DNA of 64,000 bases. It comes from Octopus bimaculoides. Lineage: Eukaryota. Numbering within the stretch: the stretch's first letter is position 1; every line of letters begins with the position of its first letter. Positions 37,893 to 49,108 of the stretch are shown here, piece after piece. The position numbers and the translations under genes are program-made. A model generated the notes under the pieces. That model worked only from the letters and a program-made list of their open reading frames with translations. It did not search any database and was not told the origin of the DNA. The DNA lies in contig NC_068995.1 in the NCBI RefSeq assembly GCF_001194135.2, positions 23,584,613-23,648,612 of the forward strand. Reading direction: 5' to 3'.

Positions 37893-38475
37893 ACATTTAT
37901 AAACATAATTAAGGGATCAGCAACAGTTGCTTCACCACATACCGAAGTTCAGAAATAGCAACTAAAGTGTTGAAACTCCAACAGATAGTATTACCTGTAA
38001 CTCACAAAGCAAAACAAGAAGAAAAAAACAACGAACCAAACTAGTCGTAGTTAATCATATACGCGTTTCTGGCTTAGAAGGGAAAAACAGATTTTCTGCG
38101 CTATTGCTTGCGACGCACATGGTAATTCTTGAGGAGGGATGATGAGCTGGCTGGCCTATGTAGGTTCGGAGATGGTTTCAAATTGTGCCGATTGCATGAT
38201 GTCGTTCGGTCATGCATGCACACTTGCTAGCATCGTCGAATTTGCAACTGGAATATCATACTGATGAGGCAATGAAGAGTTTCTCCCTTCTAAGCTAGAA
38301 ACGCGTATACGATTAACTACGACTAGTTTGGTTCGTTATTTTTAACTTCTTGTTTTGCCTTTGTGAGTTACAGGTAATGCTATCTGTTGGAGTTTCAACA
38401 CTTTAGCTGCTATTTCTGAATTTCAGTATGTGGTGAAGCAACTGTTGCTGATCCCTTAATTATGTTTATAAATGT
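37893..38475. mobile_element. Foldback of about 190-bp inverted arms (37893-38083 / 38284-38475) around a 200-bp spacer; PLE-type inverted terminal repeat
   Basis: Arms align over their length with mostly transition differences; the right arm overlaps a hammerhead motif and the left arm is truncated inside its stem II. Confidence 0.85.
38255..38313 (+). ncRNA. Minimal type I hammerhead motif, family D
   Basis: ATCATA CTGATGA GGC aat GAAGAG ttt CTCCCTTC taa GCT A GAAA CGCGT A TACGAT: canonical core, palindromic ACGCGT, 5/6-bp stem I. Confidence 0.7.
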
Positions 38476-39061
38476 ATAAGAACTTTTAAATAAGTTCTTC
38501 ACGATAATGGTGTTTACATACCGAAGGGCTTGGTAAAAATTATTAATTATTAATTTATTAATAAATTAATAANNNNNNNNNNNNNNNNNNNNNNNNNNNN
38601 NNNNNNNNNNNNNNNNNNNNNNNNNNNNNNNNNNNNNNNNNNNNNNNNNNNNNNNNNNNNNNNNNNNNNNNNNNNNNNNNNNNNNNNNNNNNNNNNNNNN
38701 NNNNNNNNNNNNNNNNNNNNNNNNNNNNNNNNNNNNNNNNNNNNNNNNNNNNNNNNNNNNNNNNNNNNNNNNNNNNNNNNNNNNNNNNNNNNNNNNNNNN
38801 NNNNNNNNNNNNNNNNNNNNNNNNNNNNNNNNNNNNNNNNNNNNNNNNNNNNNNNNNNNNNNNNNNNNNNNNNNNNNNNNNNNNNNNNNNNNNNNNNNNN
38901 NNNNNNNNNNNNNNNNNNNNNNNNNNNNNNNNNNNNNNNATATATATATATATATATATATATACCGGAGTAAGCACATAAATGTGAAACAAGGTGGAAA
39001 AAAGAGTACTCAAATATCAGAGGTATGCTTTATTTAAAAGCAGCAGAAATATAACAAAAAG

Positions 39062-39099
39062 CTGTTACTCAGAGTTCCACGTTCCCGTTCATCGGAGAG
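39062..39099 (-). ncRNA. Hammerhead motif family E, second copy (in repeat 38965-39120)
   Basis: Minus strand CTCT CCGATGA ACG ggaa CGT GGAA CTC T GAGT A ACAG; GAAA is mutated to GGAA; GNRA tetraloop on stem II. Confidence 0.62.
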
Positions 39100-39634
39100 A
39101 TTTGTGAGAAATGGGAGAGAAATGACGATGCAATCAAAACTAATGTAAATTAAAAAACATGCAACTGTTTCATTGGTCGTTTCAAATAACGGTCTTAGGT
39201 ATGCGATAAACAAAATAAACAAAACAAATGAATTCAATATAGATTCATCCTATTCGAATTATCGCTCAATTAACACATTAAAATTAAAATAAAATTTACG
39301 CTGCATTACATAAAAAATAAAAATTATACAACGGTATATACGTATACTAGACTATCTACAGCATACATATACACATCAAAATACACAGATGCATACGCAC
39401 AGACAATATACATACGTATAGGCATATATTTGTAAGACATAAATACATGCATGAATACACATGTATACATGTACACATATGCACGGAATGATGCCCGCAT
39501 ACGAAAATTATTCAGCGTTGGAACAGGCAAGTGTATCTTAGATTATGGAGGGGGCAAGTAAGGGGTGGAGAAGAGTAACGCATTGATAAAGGACGTTACT
39601 AATGCAGAAAGGGAGAAAGCATGGTTTTCGTGAG

Positions 39635-39649
39635 GAAAGAAAGAAAGAG

Positions 39650-39680
<31 letters not shown>

Positions 39681-39700
39681 AATAGAGAAAGAAAGAGAGA
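39635..39700. repeat. (GAAA)n microsatellite
   Basis: Directly visible. Confidence 0.9.
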
Positions 39701-41589
39701 ATAAAAATGTATATTAGCATCACGTACGCGAATGCACACAAATATGATTGTATACATGCATACGCGCACATTCAAGTATGTATGTGTATAAGCATGAGCG
39801 CACATTCTCATATGTAACATAGACGCACTCACACGAATATATGTATGTATGTATGTTTAAATATAAACATACACTCTTACCCACGCATATGCAAAGACGC
39901 ACCCACACGAACCATGTATGTATGCGCACAAGTATGAACATAGACTCTATACATGAACATAGACGCACACATACGAATAGATATGCATTGTTACAATACA
40001 GGCATCCGCATAAAAAACTTTTAGGTCTTAACGTATATATGCAGACAACTTTTTAAAGAAATTGCTGAGTGTATAATAGCAAAAATTGGGCAAAATACAT
40101 TCATAATAGAATCCCATATATCGTACCATCCATCCATAAAAAAGGGAAAATTTGTTTACAAAATATTCTAAAATAAATAGAATAAAAACAAGAAAACTAT
40201 GCATATAACAGTCGAAGGCTTTCTCAAAAACACGTAAGGATCTCTACAATATTCTTGCAATGCGAACTAAATCATGTATAATGAGGTACAAATCCAATAG
40301 TGAGATTGCAAACTGGTTTCAAGGAGTCAAAAATTGTCAAAAATATACTAAACATATATATATATTATTATTACATATATATATATATATATGAAAGAAA
40401 GAAAGAAAGAAAGAAATAAAGAAAGGACGTGATTCATATTTTCGGTTAAAATATACAGTTTGTGGAAACTTTCGACTCCATTACTTCTATGTTTATGGCA
40501 TAGGATAAAAATCCTCAAATAGTCACCGAATTTGATGTCAAACATATTTCAGGTAACAGGATAAAAAGATAATATTCTCTATCCTAGCATATCTGATAAA
40601 CGAAAGACAAAGTACCACAGATATAGTTGTACTAATCTACATTTCAAAATTATTTTCAGGAGCCGTTTTGAGAACTCTCGAGTTTGAGGTTCCTCATATA
40701 ATTTTTTTAAATGTATTCATTTCGCAATTTTACTAAAACACGATTAATTACATACTGGACATTGTCTCCCAAATCTTAATGTTTTATAATGTCCATTATT
40801 TAACTGATTCTGATAATGAAAACATAGTAAACACATGGTGTGTGGATACGTAGATATTGTTAAACGTTTCTTCAGTATCAAAAGAGAGGGAAGCAGAAGA
40901 AAAAAGCGATAACTGAGCTGTATTTTTTCGAATTTTCTGCATGAAGAAACTGCGAATAATATAGGTAACGCCATACATTATCTATCTTTTATCCCCAGTT
41001 ATATTAATACTTTCACATACTTTATTTTCAGTATGATTGTTTTAAAACAATTATTTGTAATTTTTATTTTTTTATAAATATATAGAAAATAGATCATTTG
41101 CTCTAACTTAGATATATAAATTAATAATATGCATCTAAATGAACAAAGATCTTTGAATTCATACTATTTTTAGAACAAGGTTTTCGCCAATTTTCACTTA
41201 AAACAGAAACTAATTTGATGAACTTAATTACTAGAAGAGCATTCACATATATTATTAAAATAGATATTCAGACAAAGTCAAATAGGCTGCGAGTATATCA
41301 ATATGTATCAATACAAATAACAGTAGAATAGTAATGAATTGACTCTAAGTGCATAAAACTTGAAAACATATTTACTCACAAAACATTAAATTTTGAGATA
41401 TATGTTCGAGTTTTTGCTTAGATTTTAAATATATCTCTGCGACATTTAGGAAGACTTTCACCTGAATCTAGGGACACAAGATTCACGGGGTATGTGTGAA
41501 CACAACTGTGGTGTGCCGCTCGCAATATACGCCAAATTTTAGCCGTCTTATCTTTTTTTACACATATAAAGAATATTAACACAGAAGAT

Positions 41590-42050
41590 ATTAATCCAAC
41601 AAGGTGTATTGTGCTTGGTTTTCATGCTCGGGATCGGGAAATTCCAGAGGCGTCTGAGATTATTTTGCCAACCATGATCATTATCAAGAAATATTCTCGG
41701 TGAACAAACGTCCCTAGAACATCGTACTTGTGCAACTAGAGCGCCAGCAACAACAATCCTATCATTTAGATGGGGTACATTGCCGACCAACTGACTTTGA
41801 TAGTGTCAAGAACCGTGTAGCACTATTCCAAGTAAGGAATTCCAATGTGGGGAGAAGAGAGTGTTTCATATCCAACTATAGCAGCACATGAAAATCAAGT
41901 TCAAGTGCTATCAGACAACCATCATTCTCCGATTAGAAAAATTAGCTCTCGGTAATTTAAAGAAGAATACTTGATAGCTCTGCACGAGCCCCACACAGAT
42001 ACCCACAATGATTCACACCAAGTTCTCGCCATTTCTATTGATTCAAAAGA
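41590..42050 (+). mobile_element. Possible decayed BEL/Pao integrase C-terminal remnant
   Basis: Broken frames with RNILGEQTSLEHRT and FKEEYLIALHEPH, loosely matching the K.LG..L..EE.RT and W..EYL..LRERH patterns. Confidence 0.3.
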
Positions 42051-42217
42051 TCGTCAAAGAGAGCCATGTCTTAATGCCTCTCTTTCACTCTGTCTCTCAC
42101 TCTTTCTCTCCCCCCTCTCTCTCTCCTCAAGTTCTGTGGTTCAGTAACACTAACTATATTAAGGTACTGAATAGGTTGTTGAATCACTATTTCTTTCCTT
42201 TCACATGATCCTCACAG

Positions 42218-42338
42218 CAAAGAGGACTCACAAGGTGTATCACGGCCACGATACGGTTCAAAAGATAGCGTCCTAGCAGCTGATTTTAACTCATGGAATA
42301 CTACGTCTGGGAATGTGGTCGTGAGGAAGCCCAGCTGA
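42218..42338 (+). CDS. Candidate terminal coding exon
   Basis: Strong acceptor ctatttctttcctttcacatgatcctcacag; phase-2 frame KEDSQGVSRPRYGSKDSVLAADFNSWNTTSGNVVVRKPS then TGA at 42336-38; GC-richer than flanks. Confidence 0.45.
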
Positions 42339-42733
42339 CAACACCACAGTACCAGTTGTTCGTGTAAGACTGCGATCACTAACATAATAGCAAACATTAT
42401 GATAGCACGAACGAAAACCACCTGAATCTATAGTCTCATCGAAACCATCATTAAAGATGAATTACCTTTATTGATGAAACCGTCCCTTCAAGTAATTTAG
42501 ATGAACAAGAGTGCTATTTTTCTGAGAAATAGATTGCTTTTCCTTTTATTCAATATTTTTGTTTTCTCGAGCATTTTAGTTTGTAAACTTTGTATACATT
42601 AAAAAACTTGAATCTGAGAAAACGTTTAAAGAGATGCTTCAGCACATAGTTGTAAAAATACTTCAAAGAGGAGACTGTTTTTTGTGCCATGATGAGTACT
42701 CTTTGCAGGAAATGTATGCCATTGGATGGAGTA

Positions 42734-43051
42734 TTGTTGTTGTTGGTACTCCATCGCTTACGACGTCGAGGGTTCCAGTTGATCTGATCAACGGAACAGC
42801 CTGCTCGTGAAATTAACGTGCAAGTGGCTGAGCACTCCACAGACACGTGTACCCTTAACGTAGTTCTCGGGGATATTCGGCGTGACAGAGTGTGACAAGG
42901 CTGACCCTTTTAATTACAGACACAACAGAAACAGGAAGTAAGAGTGAGAGAAAGTTGTGGTGGAAGAGTACAGCAGGGTTCGCCACCTCCCCCTGCCGGA
43001 GCCTCGTGGAGCTTTAGGTGTTTTCGCTCAATAAACACACACAAAGCCCGG
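42734..43051 (-). mobile_element. SINE sharing the family III 3' tail but with a different upstream module; (AAC)n tail; 5'-truncated
   Basis: 42745-42905 aligns to 14135-14300, then diverges into cagaaacaggaag...ccggagcctcgtggagctttagg. Confidence 0.8.
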
Positions 43052-44633
43052 ATAGAGTATATACAAGTTATATTAAACACTATTGTTCAATAACTGTTTC
43101 AAGATTTCATACTAACTAATGCTTACAGCTGATTGATTGAATGAATAATGCGTTAAATGTATGATTGGTTGATGCACTTACAGAATCCTTTATTGCTGAA
43201 CACATTGACGGTTCAAATATTGCTTGATTAATGCAGACTGATTGATTGACTAATTAACTGATTGATGCATTAACTGACTTAGAGATTGACGTGACGTATT
43301 TAGTAAATGATTGACTTCGATGATGTAGGAAAAAATACATTTATTGTTTAATTCATTAAACGGACTGGTTCATTCAAGTATCGATTGAGTGAGTAATTGA
43401 GCAAGGGATTTTGAAAAGAAAGTGGGTAGTCGACTATGCAAGTATTTTTATTTGGTGACAATAAAATATGAATTTAATTTATGAAGCATTGAAATAATGT
43501 GGCATGAACAGCGTTCTATAAGGCATGCCATTTCGAACACGTTTAATTATTTTTCTGTTATATATATTGCATAATTATGTTTGTCTTCACTTAAGTGCAC
43601 GATTTTCAAATTTTTATCATGATGTATTGTTATAGAATTCTATACTTTTTTTACTATGTATTACATGTCTATCTGTCAAATTACGTGTACAAGTTCTTAT
43701 TTGTATAATTACTTTACACTTGACTATAACCAGTTAAACTTACAATATTTCGATACTGAAACGTAATTTCAAGCATAGGAAGATTTCTATCTTAGTTCAC
43801 AGTTAATTGCATCGATATTAGTAAAAACAATTCCTCTCTGTACCAGATACAAACATAAAATTCTAGATAAAATGTCGGATGCATTTTAAATATCATCGAC
43901 ACATATACAGGTATTTCAAATACAGTAAAATATTAATTCCTTATTTATTGAAATTATTTACGCTTCTGTCTCGTAAGTCATTTTCAGTTTGACAATTGTC
44001 CTACTATATTTCTAGTCACCAACAATTTTTTTCGTTTAAATTGTGCATAAATGTGCTCTACATGTTTTGTATATTCCTTAGTGCCTTGACTAATGGAGAT
44101 AAGTTAGGATAATTGTCATGATAGCTATCGTCCTCTCATCTTCAGACGATAAGCCAGTTCTTTCCTTTAATAGCTAATCAACTTTGGAGTATTCGTGATT
44201 CCTGAGAATATCTTACCCTTTTTATATGGCGCTCTCCTTAGTTATCCTTTGACACAGTTTTTGGAGGTGGAGTCAATTTATATAAATCAAGAATTTATGT
44301 TGTTTCTTATTTGGTATGCCTACATTTGTCTATGGTGTTCATACACGTGCCACTGGCGAATGTTATTTATCTGTCGTAACTCATTTTTATTTGAATTATC
44401 TTTTAAATGAGGCAGGAGAGAGGTATGTAAATCAACATCTCCCATTCAGCAATTTATTTAAGGTAATTGTTGAATTTTCATGAAATCTTATCTACTATAG
44501 ATTTACTTTCCAAAACCAGTTCAGAGTTGTAGACTTTACAGACATCAAGTAACTTATTAACACAAATCCCTCCGGACAAAACGTAATGCATCTAAAATTA
44601 ATATATGATTAGAAACAGTCAATATGTGCATGC

Positions 44634-44669
<36 letters not shown>

Positions 44670-45695
44670 ATACGTATATATATATANNNNNNNNNNNNNN
44701 NNNNNNNNNNNNNNNNNNNNNNNNNNNNNNNNNNNNNNNNNNNNNNNNNNNNNNNNNNNNNNNNNNNNNNNNNNNNNNNNNNNNNNNNNNNNNNNNNNNN
44801 NNNNNNNNNNNNNNNNNNNNNNNNNNNNNNNNNNNNNNNNNNNNNNNNNNNNNNNNNNNATGCATGTGTGTATGTGTGTGTGTATAAATATATACATTGT
44901 AGTATAAATAGTAAATGAATATACTAATATTTCAGTCAATTTTGATCGCAAGTAATTAAGTTTCTTATTTTTCTAATATAACACCCACTAAATAACTTAT
45001 GGACCAGCACAGAGAACAATTTATTCCATTTTTTTTAATTCCTAGAAAAAAAAAACGAAAACAAATTTATTTTCAGAGTGTGTGATAAAGAATGGGGGAA
45101 AAACGTAACAAAGTAATATCTTTCTCTAAAATTGGTAATTAAAGCAATTATTCAATATAAGTATATTTAGGTTATGTGATACAGGAAAGTAAAAATATCC
45201 AAGGAAAATTCCTCCGGATTCTCATCCTTCTGACTATTATTAGACTTTTACACAATGAAATATGGTACATTCTATTTCAGTGCTACCTTGATGCGAGGAC
45301 TTTTGTAGATCGCTTCAAAATTCTAACTTTAATCCTACAGGATATCGATGGCAAGCCGATTTCAATTTTAAGGGCATTAAATGCCATAGGCAGTGTGGGA
45401 TAAACTGTTATCAAAGTCAACGTCGCTGAGAGTAAAATGGCTGATAGATGTGGCCAGTATTCCGATTAATACTACTCTAATTATATTTCAAAGAGACAAG
45501 TAGCTTATTTCGATGAAATTTTGTTCAGTGGGTAGAAATGTGTACACAAACGTGTACCTGTAATAGCACTATTTCTAGTGCTCTCTCTCTATATATAAAT
45601 GCATATATGTACACATGCATATATCTGCATATATACAAATATATATATATGCATATACATATGCATATATATACATATATCTATCTATCTATCTA

Positions 45696-45734
<39 letters not shown>

Positions 45735-45739
<5 letters not shown>

Positions 45740-46195
45740 CATGCTGCGATGGGTAAGTTCTCGCCATCTTATATTTTTAATTTCGCGCAAGCGCATTGTC
45801 TGTTTTTGAGTTTGTCGACGACACATTAAAATAGGCTTAGTTGAGCACTGTCTGTGAGAAAAATAGCACTATGACGCAATTCACTCTGGCACAAATTTGG
45901 AAATGACATGCTGCACTGCTTGGCATTCGCACCGCTAGCTCCAATACGAACATTTCAAGTTTTTTGAGTGTCAATCTAAGGACAGTCCAATCTGAGGACA
46001 TGTGCCGAAAGTGATAAAAATCAAACATTCAGTGAATATCATGGTGTTTGGAGTGATCACTAGTGATGGCGACGTTATGAATCCATTCATCTTTCCAATT
46101 GGCTTCAGACTCAACACGGAGGCCAAGATCAAGTGCCTGGAGAAAGTAGTGCTGCCCTAGGTCGAGAGGGTGGCTGCTAGAAGACTCTCCAACCT
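45735..46195 (+). mobile_element. maT/DD37D-type Tc1/mariner transposon, internally deleted
   Basis: MTQFTLAQIWK*HAALLGIR... followed by IMVFGVITSDGDVMNPFIFPIGFRLNTEAKIKCLEKVVLP*VERVAARR. Confidence 0.75.
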
Positions 46196-47202
46196 AACGT
46201 TTTTTTGCTTAATAAATATATGGACATGTATACATGTATGCGTGCATGTGTATGGATGTATATGTGTGTGTGTGTGTGAGTGTGTGTCATTATACATATG
46301 TATGTACGTATGTGTATGTGTGTATATGTACGCATGTGTATGTGGGTATGCATATATCTATGGGCGTTTGTGTGTGTGCATATATATATGCATATATATA
46401 TATGCATATATGCGTACGGTTTTAAATACATAAGTATGCAGGCCTAAATAATAGTGCATATACACATGTATATGTATGTGTGTACGCGCGTGCATAATTC
46501 AGTATACCCTTCTTTCTTTCTCTGATTCCTCCGCCCCCACTATTTTTAGAAACTTGACCATCATATCTTACTATTCTTCCCTTCTTTTTTGAGGTTTACT
46601 ACTCATTTCAGTAACCTACCCCAGTACCATTTTCTTGGTGTCTTCCAAACATATCACCCCACCTCCCACTCCTCACACATATTCATTTCTTACATTCTTA
46701 TCTCTTCCTATCCCTCCTCTACTCGTCTCCCATCCCCCTCATAATATCTTGACCACCAAATAACACTCCTTTTTTCATGTTTTTCATTTTTCTCTTCCGC
46801 TTCCCTTATTTCTTCTTTCCTCACCATTCCTTTTGACCATTCATTTTAACATGCACATCTTTTCTCTCTACTTAATACTGCCACTACATTCTCAAAATTG
46901 CATTCATATCTCAAGACTACTTTGAATGAACAGCACATGGAATCTACGTCTCCATACTTTCCTTTTGTAATAACAAAATATGAATTCTAGTCGGAATTTA
47001 CATACCATGGTCAAGAATCATTTCTACCACTCCTACACATCACTTTCTTTGGATAATCGAGCTACAAGTATAACATCCGACATATATTTTTATTTTTGCT
47101 TTTGTTCTCTTATTTCCTTTTATACTTCTTATTGCCATCCTTTTCCAAAATAACTTCGTATGTTGAAGTCTACGTTTTCCCTTTATTGAACCATCTCATA
47201 TC

Positions 47203-47249
47203 GTCTCTGTTGAAGGGATATCCCTATATCGCGGAAACAGCTGTAAGAC
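47203..47249 (+). ncRNA. Minimal type I hammerhead motif, family B (core CUGUUGA)
   Basis: GTCT CTGTTGA A GGGATAT ccct ATATCGC G GAAA CAGCTGT A AGAC: perfect stem I, palindromic ACAGCTGT. It lies at the end of a pyrimidine-rich block (about 46500-47330) typical of PLE termini. Confidence 0.72.
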
Positions 47250-47829
47250 TAACTTTCTCTTTATATACGTCCTGAAAATTCCACAAAACCTTGGCTTTAT
47301 TGTCCCATTTCACTTAACATATACAGGCTCAAACAAGACCGCATTAGACTCCTCACTCGTATTATTATCGAACAGAGAGCTTAACTACGGTCATTAGTTT
47401 GAAAACACTAACAATTGCGAGTAATCTTTCAAATTTTAGAATGTCCGTAAACTTCAAGTATACCGAGAATATATATAAGCTATTGACACAAAATATGCTA
47501 AACTTTTACCAAATCGTTTTTTGAAGGTACAAAAGTAACCCAATTTTCATAACACTACAAATCTAAACAGAAACTGTTATGCATTTTATGTATACGCAGA
47601 CTTTACATCACCTTAATATATCAATGAGTCATGTAAATAAATAACGACAAGGTCGAGTGACTTTCCCAGATAACAGTGTTTACGAAATATCGTACCAGAG
47701 CTAATAATGAGTAATTCATTAATCTTCACCGGTTTTATACATATTTTTATGTAATATTTTTGTGGGTACATTGCAGTCTCATGTGTATGAAATAGAAAAG
47801 ACAGAGATGAGATAGACAGTTACACAGAC

Positions 47830-47918
<89 letters not shown>

Positions 47919-48741
47919 CATTGATTGATTGATTTATTGATTAAGTTTGGATAAGAAGTTTGAAAATATATTTCTAAAAGGATGTAAACAGCAAATTCAC
48001 ATCACCCGATATTTATAAGTGCAATCCATTACTGCATAATTCCAATCACAGCTGATCAGCATACTGATATTGCAAGGATTCAATAGATTCTAAAGATAGG
48101 AAAGAGGCGATAATGATAAAATTATGGTAAATAGAATAATGATAAATAAAACAGTGACATATAGTGCTTAGACTTTTGCATTTAAAGTCTGCTTTCTGCT
48201 AAACAAAGAATTCTAATTACCATGTAATTAATATCCATTATATGGCATGAATCCGCAGCTTAAACCGTCTTTGTAAATTATTGTTAATATCAGAATATCA
48301 ATATAATATATAAATTATGGAACAGAAATAAATCTATAACGTGTCATTGGCTCTCGTATAAAAGTAACCATGTCTGAGAAATATTTGCATAATGAAGGAA
48401 TGGTTATTTACATAAAGGTTTCGTAACTGCGGCTGAATACTACAGTAATTGTCTGGAGGATATGTTCATCCTTTGATTCTTTGTGAATCAAAATCAAATT
48501 ATCCGATGTTCTGTACTTCGTTCAAGTTGACATTGCATCGCTTTCAGTAAGGGATAACTAAGTATATTGTATAACAATACTCACACTCCCTAATTACTAA
48601 ATGACTAGCTCTATAAAGATTTTCACTCGAGTCCTAAAGACATTAATATAGCTATGTATTTATTCTCTTATTGTAAAATAGATCCATGCAAACACATATA
48701 AGCACATATTCACATACACACACGTATATATTGATTATAAG

Positions 48742-48949
48742 TTTTGACACAAGGCTAGCAATTTCGGAGGAGGGTGGGAAGTCACTTATATTGATCTTAA
48801 TGCTCAAATAGTACTTATTCTATCGAGCTCCAAAGGGCAAAAGGCAAAGTCGACCTCAGCAGAATTTGAACTCAGAGCGTATAAATGGACGAAATACCAC
48901 TAAGCACACTCTGCCAGTTGTGCTAACGATTCTGTCTGTTCGCCACCTT
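48742..48949 (-). mobile_element. SINE family I, diverged
   Basis: aaggcaaagtcgacctcagcagaatttgaactcag...gaaataccactaagca...tgctaacgattctg. Confidence 0.8.
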
Positions 48950-49076
48950 CGCAAACACACACATATATTGCTATATATTGATTTTTTTACATCTCCCTAC
49001 GAACTACATGTCAACTTCAACATTCTACCTCACAGTAATATATATATATGTGTGTGCCTGAATGTGAGTGTGCGTA

Positions 49077-49108
<32 letters not shown>

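Noticed and set aside
40744-40978. Exon near ttcttcag at 40876
   Set aside because: All three frames stop before a usable donor.
42212-42421. Minus-strand C-type-lectin-like reading (CYYVS...)
   Set aside because: Needs a frameshift and has stops; the plus-strand terminal-exon reading has a much better splice site.
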